A stretch of 60,000 nt of DNA from Laetmonice hystrix. Taxonomy: Eukaryota. The stretch covers positions 6,884,001 to 6,944,000 of the forward strand of contig OZ249436.1 in the NCBI GenBank assembly GCA_965235115.1, in the 5' to 3' direction. A program made the position numbers and the translations under genes. Positions 25,194 through 37,170 of this stretch are shown here, one piece after another. Each line of letters begins with the position of its first letter. Within the stretch, counting starts at the first letter, position 1. The notes beneath the pieces are model-generated. The model was not told where the DNA came from. It did not search any database and was given only the letters and a program-made list of their open reading frames with translations.

Positions 25194-25318
25194 TAGGTGC
25201 AGGTTTGGTTATAAGTTTTGGGAGGTCTGGGGCCTGGGGTAGCTCTCAGGGCTAGGAATTGTGGTAGATTTTGAATTATTCTGTGGAAAAAGGGTTAGGT
25301 TTGGGTTACCATTGGGGA
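25194..25318 (-). mobile_element. Degenerate single-unit relative of the 14176-15613 element, in the opposite orientation
   Basis: TAGGTGCAGGTT...TTGGGAGGTCTGGGGCC...GGCTAGG...AGGGTTAGGTTTGGG.TTACCATTGGGGA resembles, in order, the reverse complement of the right flank, one 51-bp unit and the left flank of that element. Alignment by eye. Confidence 0.35.
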
Positions 25319-26283
25319 GTGTAGAGCTTAGAAATATAGAAATATATCCTTCAAAATGCTGCGTTTTGACCCGAGGCACTCATGTACTACTTCACCTTAT
25401 CTGGCCCTATTTTAGCTAGCCCAGGGCCAATAGAACGGCTTGTGCCGAGCAACTCCCACCCCCTAAAAAACCTGATTACAATCAATTTATAGTTATATTG
25501 ACTAGACAGGGATCTTTCGATTTTTTCACTGTACAGATAAATGGCCAGATGGAGCGATTTTTATGAGACGACTAAAATATTGCTGCTACAATCGTGTTTT
25601 TTCCTTTGAGGTGCACCAGATTTGTACCCTTGCCCTATGGGGATAAATGTACTTGTAAATCATGTGGCTACAAATTGCTGGCTGTTAGAGATAACGGAAA
25701 AATCAGATTAAACTGTGAAGTACATGTCTTGTGAAGTTCTCGCTATTAAAGTGAGGCCCTAAACAATACATGTCCAATTGACTGGCCGTCCGTGTAATTT
25801 AATGTATTCTACGCCCATACAATCACCAAACTTATGTCGTAACATTTGCCTTGACAATGACATAGCTCATCGAAATGCATTAAGAATTTAAATTTTATCA
25901 AACGAGTTTTCAAACCAGCCCGGAGGTATGTTAGCCGCAGGGTGTCAAGCACCTGGTGTGGTCGCTGATTCTGTCAGGTACGAGGTCTAGTGATGGTTTA
26001 CATGCCTGCTTGCAAATTGTTAGATGACTCGGGACAGCCTCAGCCTGCGGCTCATTCAGCTAATTAATGACTGAGATGAGTCCACACATCCTTTCTCAGA
26101 CACTGGTCACATCTTATCCTCCTCAAGGATCGCTGACCTATAAATTACATACAAGTCCTGGGCGATGAGCTCCAAGAAAAAATATCGTTACACTCGAGAG
26201 ACTTTCTACTCTCATCCGATATTTGGCCACTGACCAAAGTGACGTTACCTGGAGGATAGTAACGGTTAAAGTCGGTATAGGCC

Positions 26284-27064
26284 TACATCAGGTAGCTCCA
26301 GAATATGTTGACAATTAGCTGCTATACATCAGGTAACTCCAGAATATGTTGTCAAGTAGCTGCTATACATCAGGTAACTCCAGAATATGTTGACAATTAG
26401 CTGCTATACATTAGGCAACTCCAGAATATGTTGACAATTAGCTGCTATACATCAGGTAGCTCCAGAATATGTTGACAATTAGCTGCTATACATCAGGTAA
26501 CTCCAGAATATTTTGACAATTAGCTGCTATACATCAGGTAACTCCAGAATATGTTGTCAATTAGCTGCTATACATCAGGTAGCTCCAGAATATGTTGACA
26601 ATTAGCTGCTATACATCAGGTAACTCCAGAATATGTTGACAATTAGCTGCTATACATCAGGTAACTCCAGAATATGTTGACAATTAGCTGCTATACATCA
26701 GGTAACTCCAGAATATGTTGACAATTAGCTGCTATACATCAGGTAGCTCCAGAATATGTTGACAATTAGCTGCTATACATCAGGTAACTCCAGAATATGT
26801 TGACAATTAGCTGCTATACATCAGGTAACTCCAGAATATGTTGACAATTAGCTGCTATACATCAGGTAACTCCAGAATATGTTGTCAATTAGCTGCTATA
26901 CATCAGGTAACTCCAGAATATGTTGTCAATTAGCTGCTATACATCAGGTAACTCCAGAATATGTTGTCAATTAGCTGCTATACATCAGGTAACTCCAGAA
27001 TATGTTGTCAATTAGCTGCTATACATCAGGTAACTCCAGAATATGTTGTCAAGTAGCTGCTGTA
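26284..27064. repeat. 41-bp minisatellite, about 19 units
   Basis: Unit TACATCAGGTA(A/G)CTCCAGAATATGTTG(A/T)CAATTAGCTGCTA. Confidence 0.98.
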
Positions 27065-27870
27065 CGTTATCCAGGAGCGAGAGAGTTCATTCTTGGCTAA
27101 GTCCAGTTTGAGATTTATGTGATTGCCTTGTGGCTTTGTTATTTCGGTTTTTGTAGACTACAAATCGTGGAGTGGAGACAGGAGTGGTGAACGACAGCGT
27201 AGAGGTGGAAGATGACATCATGCTTGCGGCCCTCAACTCGAATATGTCATCGAAATACATGACAGTGCTGGCACACCACGACCAGACATTCCCCTTTCCC
27301 AAACTTTGGCAGCGTCAGTGCTGGCAGTATCCTCCCGATCTTCGTATTGCTGGTTCAGTGCCAGAGCCAGGCAGATTTTCCGTCAAGACTTTGGTCCACT
27401 CTGACAGTCAGACCAGCTGTTCTGTTTCCATTTGTATCATACGGGATCCTGGGGGCTCACTTAGACCCCCTTCACATTTTTCCACTAGAGATGATAAACT
27501 CCACCTCATGCTGCGGTACTATGCTGCATCTCGGAATAGTTTGTTTCTCGTCTTTGTTTTGATCTGATCTGATAAAGGCATTCATCACGCTATCATTACA
27601 GAATCAAACATTTTAAGGAATTATCCTCAAACTGAACGACTTTATCTCATTTAAACCTAATGGTAGCTCAGTGTATGCAACGTTTGTTTGAGTTTTTGCG
27701 TGTCTTTATGATATACTGTCCTCCCATTTGGCAGTCCTGGTTGTTTTGCTTGATTTATGAGAAAGTATCATACCTACGTTAGTTGTACAATGTACATGAT
27801 ACTTTTATATCGTCCTTTAGTGCACTAAATCAAGATATTCCTTCTGGTGGCGAATATAGAATCCTCGCAC

Positions 27871-27906
27871 AGGTCAAAGGTCATGTCAGGTGACCTTGGC
27901 TGACCT
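27871..27906. promoter_or_regulatory. Cluster of four perfect nuclear-receptor half-sites (DR1 on +, DR4 on -)
   Basis: AGGTCA-A-AGGTCA-tgtcagg-TGACCT-tggc-TGACCT. Confidence 0.4.
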
Positions 27907-28380
27907 CCAAACATCACAAACCGGTGATAAACTCTTACGAGAGTGAGGTACACGATGAGTCTAGAATTCGGCTGCGTGAACAGTGACTCACCCTGCATTC
28001 CCTCACTAACTTTCTTACATTTTTTGAAACATAAAGCATTCTTTACAAAAAACTCACTTGTAATTTTGTGGTGCAACATAAACAAACATAGTATGGCTAG
28101 TTCAATTAGCTCCAATACTGTCCTGTTTTTTTTTCAGCGGATGTCCATTTTTGGCAGTACTTGACAGGTGCTTTCTATAATACTTGTCATTTGTACCAGA
28201 TCCATGTAATGTAAATCGATGGCACATTGCCTTGTAGCTACATTCAAGACGACAGTACGGGTCAGGCAATGTTGAGAGTTCACTGTAGACAGAGCACTGA
28301 CCAATTTGTGATCTGAATAAACCATTCTTACTAATACCGAGACAGGAATGCTTATATACCCGACCAGCAAGACCTGAAGA

Positions 28381-28474
28381 CATGCTGGGAACCCCCTTGA
28401 TTCTAGCACAACGAAATAAAAAAAATTCATGCTGAGAACCCCCTTGATTCTAGCACAACGAAATAAAAAATATT
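28381..28474. repeat. 47-bp two-copy tandem duplication
   Basis: CATGCTG(G/A)GAACCCCCTTGATTCTAGCACAACGAAATAAAAAA at 28381 and 28428. Confidence 0.93.
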
Positions 28475-28880
28475 GAGTAATTGGAAAATATTTACTTCAT
28501 TTTGAAAGACTGCATGTGAAATTATAACTATAAATGTATTCATGGCCAGGCCTTTTATTCAGGATTTTACATGGTTTTGCCAAAGAGAAACATTGCAGTC
28601 ATTGGCCCCAGTGGAATTATCCCAACGGTAAGGGATATCAAGCCAACCGACCTGGCCTGATGGTAACTCCCAGCTTGCCCACCTCTCGCCTATTGTCGAG
28701 CGGCCAGCAGTAAGCAGTAGTGGGTGGGAATCAGTAATGCTCTAACACTGTCGATGCCAGCGAGAATTACTGAGGACAGGAGAGACGCAGCTAGCCTGTC
28801 AAACGATCACCGCAATCCGAGATCTACATCTACGGTCCACTTCCGCGCATGTTGGTCAAATCTAACTTGGGTTTCTAATC

Positions 28881-29694
28881 TCATGTCTCCCTGTCCGACT
28901 CAATGACGGCAACGTGTTCCCTGCGACAGCTGAGTTAGACGTATACCTGAGATTATCTCGATTCACGTCTCCCTGTCCGACTCAATGACGGCAACGTGTT
29001 CCCTGCGACCACTGTGTTAGACGTACGTACCTCAGATTATCTCGATTCACGTCTCCCTGTCCGACTCAATGACGGCAACGTGTTCCCTGCGACCACTGTG
29101 TTAGACGTACGTACCTCAGATTATCTCGATTCACGTCTCTCTGTCCGACTCAATGACGGCAACGTGTTCCCTGCGACCACTGTGTACCTCAGATTATCTC
29201 GATTCACGTCTCCCTGTCCGACTCAATGACGGCTTCCCTGCGACCACTTGGTTAGACGTACCTCAGATTATCCCGATTCACGTCTCCCTGTCCGACTCAA
29301 TGACGGCAACGTGTTCCCTGCGACCACTGTGTTAGACGTACGTACCTCAGATTATCTCGATTCACGTCTCCCTGTCCGACTCAATGACGGCAACGTGTTC
29401 CCTGCGACCACTGTGTTAGACGTACGTACCTCAGATTATCTCGATTCATGTCTCCCTGTCCGACTCAATGACGGCAACGTGTTCCCTGCGACCACTGTGT
29501 TAGACGTACGTACCTCAGATTATCTCGATTCACGTCTCCCTGTCCGACTCAATGACGGCAACGTGTTCCCTGCGACCACTGTGTTAGACGTACGTACCTC
29601 AGATTATCTCGATTCACGTCTCCCTGTCCGACTCAATGACGGCAACGTGTTCCCTGCGACCACTGTGTTAGACGTATCTCAGATTATCTCGATT
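28881..29694. repeat. 84-bp minisatellite, about 10 units, some with internal deletions
   Basis: Unit TCTCCCTGTCCGACTCAATGACGGCAACGTGTTCCCTGCGACCACTGTGTTAGACGTACGTACCTCAGATTATCTCGATTCACG. Confidence 0.97.
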
Positions 29695-30390
29695 GACATG
29701 AGTTAGCCATTTATACCCTCAATTTATGCAACTTCATGAGAGTACACAGAAACACGGACAAGACAAGATGTTTTAATGCTACACCCCAAGAACTGTAATC
29801 TAGCAGCAAGCAACCTTTGATGGACTCTGAGATTTGCGAGACGATATGACAATGTTTACAATAATAATATAAGCCAGGGAATAAGAAAGCTCTCTATAAC
29901 TGTACCGGCAGATATTTCGAGATGATAAATGTACTGGGAATATGGATACCTCAGAAACGGTTTTAAAAAACTACGACTGTCCGAGGCAAGGTGAGTGCCA
30001 AAACTGTACTCCCACCTCTTCGTGGAAGTCCCTGTCGAACTCTTTCTACATTATACTCTGACAGGTACTTTTTCATACATGCTTCCTTTGTACTAGTACC
30101 TGCTAGGTCGCTTTACTCTGATGTATTTCTTTCCAATATTTACAATCTTGTTATAAAGATATCAGAGAAAGCTTTGATCTGGCTAATCTCCGGCAGTGCC
30201 TCATGACAAAGGTCAGCCTGTACCTGAGCCCGTATTTTGTAACCGATGGGTGTAGGCACCACAATCTGTTAAACTCATTGTTGGTACTTTGTCATGGTGG
30301 CCATGTAAGTGACTGTGTTCTGGGCCGTGCCCTCAGCAGCACGGTGCTCACCGTTACCTGAACAAGAACGATTTCCATCGCCTTTTGATT

Positions 30391-31259
30391 GTCACGTGAC
30401 CTTAACGGTTCCCAGGATGGCTCCTCCAAGCCCTCACCAAGCTGGCCAAGTCGTTAGGGTAATAACATAACACCACTGGCATAGCTCACTCCACAGCCAC
30501 CTGGTGGCGACCTCTGACACCATCATCTGACCTTTCCCTGGCCCTCATCCTCTCTGGGAAGGGGTCCATGTGTTTTCTAGAGGTGTTCTCGCTTGAGACG
30601 GTTCAGTGATGGCATACATTTGGTTCTGATGACGTTTCTGTTATACACTATTTGTTTTTAATGTTTGCTGCCTCATCACCTGCGCGTTTTCATGTGCCGA
30701 TCAACCTTCCCATTAAGTGCTACCAGTTGTTGGTTTAATCCCCTTCAGAAACTGCCGTTTCCACGTGCGAGAAACAGAAAAAAAACGATGTTTTGGGAGC
30801 GTTTTTCTTTTAAATGCATGTTTCTTTCGGAGAACATGACTCAATTGGCAGATGGTCGACCGTGGGTTTCCCACTCAGGAGGCCACAGCCCGGCTGGCTC
30901 CCACTCACCTAGCCCGGAGGAGAGTCAGACAACTCGTACATACGGGAGGCAGGGCTTGTCGCAGGGTGCAGGCGGCCAGGTAACATACGAACGGTATGTT
31001 GGCCCTCCATGGGGGCCCTGTCGACATGTGTGCGGTATTGTGGGACGTGAGCAGCGATCGTCCTCACCGCCCCGCCCCCCGACCAGCTCCCGGTACGTGG
31101 GCGCCACCCGGGCCGGTACTCAAACCCAGGACTCGTACCGCAGCCAACCCCAACTACCCACCTCCATACATACATCATACAAATATATGCTTCTCCGTAG
31201 TTTAGTGAAAATGGCTTGCCTCGGTGGCGTGCCCCGAGCTGGGCCTGCCATCTGGCGGA
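30391..31259. promoter_or_regulatory. GC/CpG-rich candidate regulatory segment with an E-box and two CTCF-like motifs
   Basis: GTCACGTGAC at 30391-30400. Minus-strand CGCCACCAGGTGGCT at 30495-30509 and TCCGCCAGATGGCAG at 31245-31259. Confidence 0.35.
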
Positions 31260-31888
31260 CTACACGTCCCTGTCCTGGAAAAGTGAACAGGGTCATTCAA
31301 GGCCCTGGCTCGCTCTTCCAGAGAAAGGTTTGATTGATGTTACTAAATCTTTCCCGGCAGTGTCCGAAACAAGAAAGCAGAAGATTAATACAATGTGCGA
31401 CAAGGCGTATTCAATAACGAAGCTATCCATGCATTCTATACAATCAAGTGGTTAGTATATCACTTTGTTACCAGAGAGCACAAACAATAGTGTGGTAGAT
31501 ATACTAGACCAACTGGCTTATTTTCACATCTTCCCTTGTTTCGTAAATACACATAGGCCTACGATAACAAGTTGACCTTTATATGGCAGTTTCGGCATAC
31601 TCATGTGTCAATAAAACCATTCAAACAAAAGCAATCATGTAAAAGACACGAATACATGATGACAGGTCGCTCTCACAAGTTGAAAAAAAAAGTTTCTAGA
31701 ACTAAAGTTTTTATACTCTCACATAGTTGGTACAATTGTCATCATGTACCTGGCGAACATCACATTCTGCAGCCGGTGTCAGAATCACTTTGTTTGGGTG
31801 GGGGGCTTTGGTGTGGAAATAGAGACCGATCCATGTACGTTATCAAATACATGAAATCCACTTGTTGACGATGGACTTGGCCTCAGGA

Positions 31889-32117
31889 CGTGTATACGGC
31901 CCTGGCCTCTCGTTACTATGGCCGTGTATACGGCCCTGGCCTCTCGTTACTATGGCCGTGTATACGGCCCTGGCCTCTCGTTACTATGGCCGTGTATACG
32001 GCCCTGGCCTCTCGTTACTATGGCCGCGCGGCTCTGGCCTCTCGTTACTATGGCCGTGTATACGGCCCTGGCCTCTCGTTACTATGGCCGTGCGGCTCTG
32101 GCCTCTCGTTACTATGG
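31889..32117. repeat. 34-bp minisatellite, about 7 units
   Basis: Unit GGCCGTGTATACGGCCCTGGCCTCTCGTTACTAT, with two 30-bp variants. Confidence 0.96.
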
Positions 32118-34504
32118 GCGTCCACAGCAACAGTAACACAGCCCTGTCCACGGACCCGATACATCATGCCATCCCGCTGGTTGACTTCAAACCTTTCATC
32201 ATTCTCACTCCAAACTCCTTCATCTTCCGTCTCAAAAACTACCAGGTGACGATTGGGGCAGAGACTGGCACCCACAGGGAGCCACATTGCCCACATGTTG
32301 CTGAGTGGGATACAAGGACTCTGCCATTAACTCGATGCTGTCGGTTGTACATGTGCTTGCTCCTGTTTTACGTTTAGATTCGACCTTGTTAAGTTTGTCC
32401 TGTTGGCAAATCATGTGTCAGATCAGACACGTTTCGTAAAATAGAATATAACAACCAGCTTACCACTTATGTTTTGCCTCGCTATGCTGCTTACTAGGCC
32501 TACTATAGGGACCTTCTGATAAGCAGTCCCAAAGTTGTGCAAATGTTTGCCTTTGATTATCAAATCAAAAAGATGTGTTACTAAAGTAATATCATGTGCC
32601 ACCATGTACCGGGAATATATGTTTCAAAAATATAATTGACACTCGTCTCACATGTTAAACAGGAAGTGCTCACCATTAAATCTACAAAATACGAAGTTCA
32701 GAGGTTTCAAATCTGGTGAGCAAATAATTCATTTAAATTTGCACCCGATTACTACTGATACGATAATCACATTTCTTTTCCTCCTACGTAGACATCGCTC
32801 CCTGTTCCACTTCCAATGTATTCATGAGGGAAAAAAGATAGCTTAGCACAAACTGGAAAATATGTTCCATGAAATTCTGCATCAGGCGTGTGTGTTTTTT
32901 ACCGGCTCCCCCGGGTGGTAGTACCGGGTACTGTAGCGACTCCTATCGGTCGGTCAGTAACACTAGTCGAGGTGTCTACGGTTAAAGGCCTCCAGTATGT
33001 GTTCAGGTGTAGGTCACCCATGAGATTACCCATCGCCATGCTTACCATGACACCACATGCATTCGTCTATTGAAACTCAATGTCTCTGTCCCCTAAAATA
33101 TCTGATTTTCCCTCCACAAATGTTCGGTATTGCTCCCTGAGCAGCTACTATCGGGCATTCACTGCATACCGTTGGGCCACCATCGTCCTCCGTTTTCATG
33201 CCGAAAAAGAATCTGCCCTGTGTATTTGCCTGACAAGCTGCAGAGAGGGGATAACTGTTTGTGAACTGCTCCTAGCGAGAGGTTATGTGACAGTCTATCA
33301 GCAGGATGTCGACTCCAATACTCAGTACAGTTTACCGGAAAAACGGCCAACTTCTTGCCTGCTGGTATTTCAGTAGCCCACACTTTATCCATTGCACCGG
33401 GGAAAAAACAAACTGATTTTATGTCAGTATCTCTTTTTGGAGTCTCTCTTCATGCAATTTATCTTCATTTCCGGCACTCAAAGGAAGTAGTCAGGGTGAC
33501 TGGCAGTGTCATTTGTTAGTCGATTTCTGGCAAACCGGAGCCTTGACTGGCTGATCATGGTTTCTGTCGACAGCTGTTGCGAGTGCATCAACACATCTCT
33601 AAAGACACCGGGAACATAAAACACGAGTTCTCTATATTAGCCTGTGTCAGTCACACCATATACTACACACGTTATGTGATTTTTGAAAAAGAAAAAAACT
33701 ATCCATCTCTAAGATACTCATTTGTTTGTTAAACCGTTACGTATGCACAACAACTTGAGTTACATCTTGTATCCTAATCCCTACAATGTGAAGGTTATAC
33801 CACTAAACTAGTAGCCAAAAACTAAAATAATGTGCATTTTATAATACATATATTAAGATAAATGACTTAATATTATTAAGATAAATGGAACCTGTTTTTT
33901 AATCAAATAAGAATGTAGCCAGCCTCTATTAAATAGAGAAATGTGTTTGTTTGTGATAGGCAAGAATTGCTTTGACATGATACACCATCTCATAAATCGG
34001 TGAGTTGGTCTTGTACACAATGTAGTCGTTGACAACTTTGATTGAGCTCAGTACGACCAGACACGCGGCGCCAGAAGTCGGTCTGTTTGTACCGTATACT
34101 GACAACAACCACGGGAGTCAGTTATTTCATCACATCTCTCTCTAACAGACAATACTACCATTGACATGGTCAGACCGTCAGGACGGGATCTCCAACCATG
34201 GGGATGGGGTCCCCCCTCTCAGAATTAGCGTTTACCTAATAAATAAAACCTTTTCATGAGATCAATACCAATGTTGACTAGCTGAGAAGTATTCGTCCAC
34301 CATGTTATACGGTGGGCATACAGTGACATCAATTCATGCTCTGATTGCACTTGGCCAACTAAACCGAAACTATAATAGATATTTCAACTAACGTATACTA
34401 AACACACTCTTGTAGCTTGATACATTCATTCCGTCTATGTAAATCACATGTATTACTCAATGTAGGAATAATGTTTTTTTCGATAACGTATACACACCAG
34501 CGCT

Positions 34505-35127
34505 AAACTCGTAGCGAGCCCTCAGTGTGACCTGAGTCTGATTATACTGAAACTCGTAACGAGCCCTCAGTGTGACCTGAGTCTGATTGTACTGAAACTC
34601 GTAACGAGCCCTCAGTGTGACCTGAGTCTGATTGTACTGAAACTCGTAACGAGCCCTCAGTGTGACCTGAGTCTGATTGTACTGAAACTCGTAACGAGCC
34701 CTCAGTGTGACCTGAGTCTGATTGTACTGAAACTCGTAACGAGCCCTCAGTGTGACCTGAGTCTTATTGTACTGAAACTCGTAACGAGCCCTCAGTGTGA
34801 CCTGAGTCTGATTGTACTGAAACTCGTAACGAGCCCTCAGTGTGACCTGAGTCCGATCGTAACGAGCCCTCAGTGTGACCTGAGTCTGATTGTACTGAAA
34901 CTCGTAACGAGCCCTCAATGTGACCTGAGTCTGATCGTAACGAGCCCTCAATGTGACCTGAGTCTGATCGTAACGAGCCCTCAGTGTGACCTGAGTTGTA
35001 CTGAAACTCGTAACGAGTCCTCAGTGTGACCTGAGTCCGATCGTAACGAGCCCTCAGTGTGACCTGAGTCTGATTGTACTGAAACTCGTAACGAGCCCTC
35101 AGTGTGACCTAAGTCTGATTGTACTGA
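34505..35127. repeat. 45-bp minisatellite with 33-bp deletion variants, about 15 units
   Basis: Unit CTCAGTGTGACCTGAGTCTGATTGTACTGAAACTCGTAACGAGCC. Confidence 0.97.
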
Positions 35128-35924
35128 GGTCCGTGTCTGTGTTAGCGATGAGTGGAATTCCCGGTTACATAGTAAGAATACCTGTGTATGGGATAAGCAC
35201 ACCTGGTAGATAACCTTCCTTTCACACCTGCCTGCGATGATTTCGAAGGTGGCCTAATGATTGCCAGATATCGTAGGTGAAGACCTGCTGGAGAGAAGAT
35301 CATCTTTTGTTGGTGCCTCCTCCTTCAGCCCTCCCCCTGACAGCCTACTGGAGTGGAACTCATCCACCTGGTCCTTAGTGTCCTCACTGACTCATCATCA
35401 GCGTTCATTAGTCACACCTGGACTGATGGTTGCTCCAGGTGAGAGATAAGGCTGATAAAACGCTGATAACATCCATCAACTGTCATCAACACAGCTCAAT
35501 TATCATCATGAAGCCGGTGGATGTGGAGCTTCTACAGGTGTCCTCCACCTCTCACTAACCGACGGGTACAACTGGCCTACCACAAAATAACTGTAACTTT
35601 GAGACATTACAACTTTACATCCTAAATAAAGAATTATAATCAGGGTTCAGACCTCTGTATGGGTACCACCGGTTCATGGGGAACACGAATAACACCTCCC
35701 ACTGGCACTTCTCATTTACGGCAGATTTTTATCACTTTAAAAGTGCACCTTTCCACAATTACGTAACAATACCTACCCCCCCCCCCCTCCCACCCCCACC
35801 GGCCCTGCTTTCGTAATCGTGTTATTTTGATCGCTATGTACCGAGTTTGGATCATCTGTGATATCACAACGAACTCTTCAATCCGTCACCAGGCAGAGAA
35901 CAGAATTATCACTCTATGATTGAG

Positions 35925-37170
35925 TGAATTCGTATCCGACTCCCTCCCATTATTTACCAACACCCTAGGTATATGGCACCTGAATACTTACACGACTCCC
36001 TCCCATTATGTACCAACACCCTAGGTATATGGCACCTGAATACTTACACGACTCCCTCCCATTATGTACCAACACCCTAGGTATATGGCACCTGAATACT
36101 TACACGACTCCCTCCCATTATGTACCAACACCCTGGGTATATGGCACCTGAATACTTACACGACTCCCTCCCATTATGTACCAACACCCTAGGTATATGG
36201 CACCTGAATACTTACACGACTCCCTCCCATTATGTACCAACACCCTAGGTATATGGCACCTGAATACTTACACGACTCCCTCCCATTATGTACCAACACC
36301 CTAGGTATATGGCACCTGAATACTTACACGACTCCCTCCCATTATGTACCAACACCCTGGGTATATGGCACCTGAATACTTACACGACTCCCTCCCATTA
36401 TGTACCAACACCCTAGGTATATGGCACCTGAATACTTACACGACTCCCTCCCATTATGTACCAACACCCTAGGTATATGGCACCTGAATACTTACACGAC
36501 TCCCTCCCATTATGTACCAACACCCTAGGTATATGGCACCTGAATACTTACACGACTCCCTCCCATTATGTACCAACACCCTAGGTATATGGCACCTGAA
36601 TACTTACACGACTCCCTCCCACTATGTACCAACACCCTAGGTATATGGCACCTGAATACTTACCCGACTCCCTCCCATTATGTACCAACAACCTAGGTAT
36701 ATGGCACCTGAATACTTACACGACTCCCTCCCATTATGTACCAACACCCTAGGTATATGGCACCTGAATACTTACACGACTCCCTCCCATTATGTACCAA
36801 CACCCTAGGTATATGGCACCTGAATACTTACACGACTCCCTCCCATTATGTACCAACACCCTGGGTATATGGCACCTGAATACTTACACGACTCCCTCCC
36901 ATTATGTACCAACACCCTAGGTATATGGCACCTGAATACTTACACGACTCCCTCCCATTATGTACCAACACCCTAGGTATATGGCACCTGAATACTTACA
37001 CGACTCCCTCCCATTATGTACCAACACCCTAGGTATATGGCACCTGAATACTTACACGACTCCCTCCCATTATGTACCAACACCCTAGGTATATGGCACC
37101 TGAATTCGTACCCGACTCCCTCCTATTATGTACCAGCACCCTAGGTATATGGCACCTGAATACTCACACG
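35925..37170. repeat. 56-bp minisatellite, about 22 units
   Basis: Unit CGACTCCCTCCCATTATGTACCAACACCCTAGGTATATGGCACCTGAATACTTACA. Confidence 0.98.

Noticed and set aside
27157..27567. 131-aa ORF after a possible splice acceptor
   Set aside because: No recognisable homology, no clear donor and no coding-like composition.
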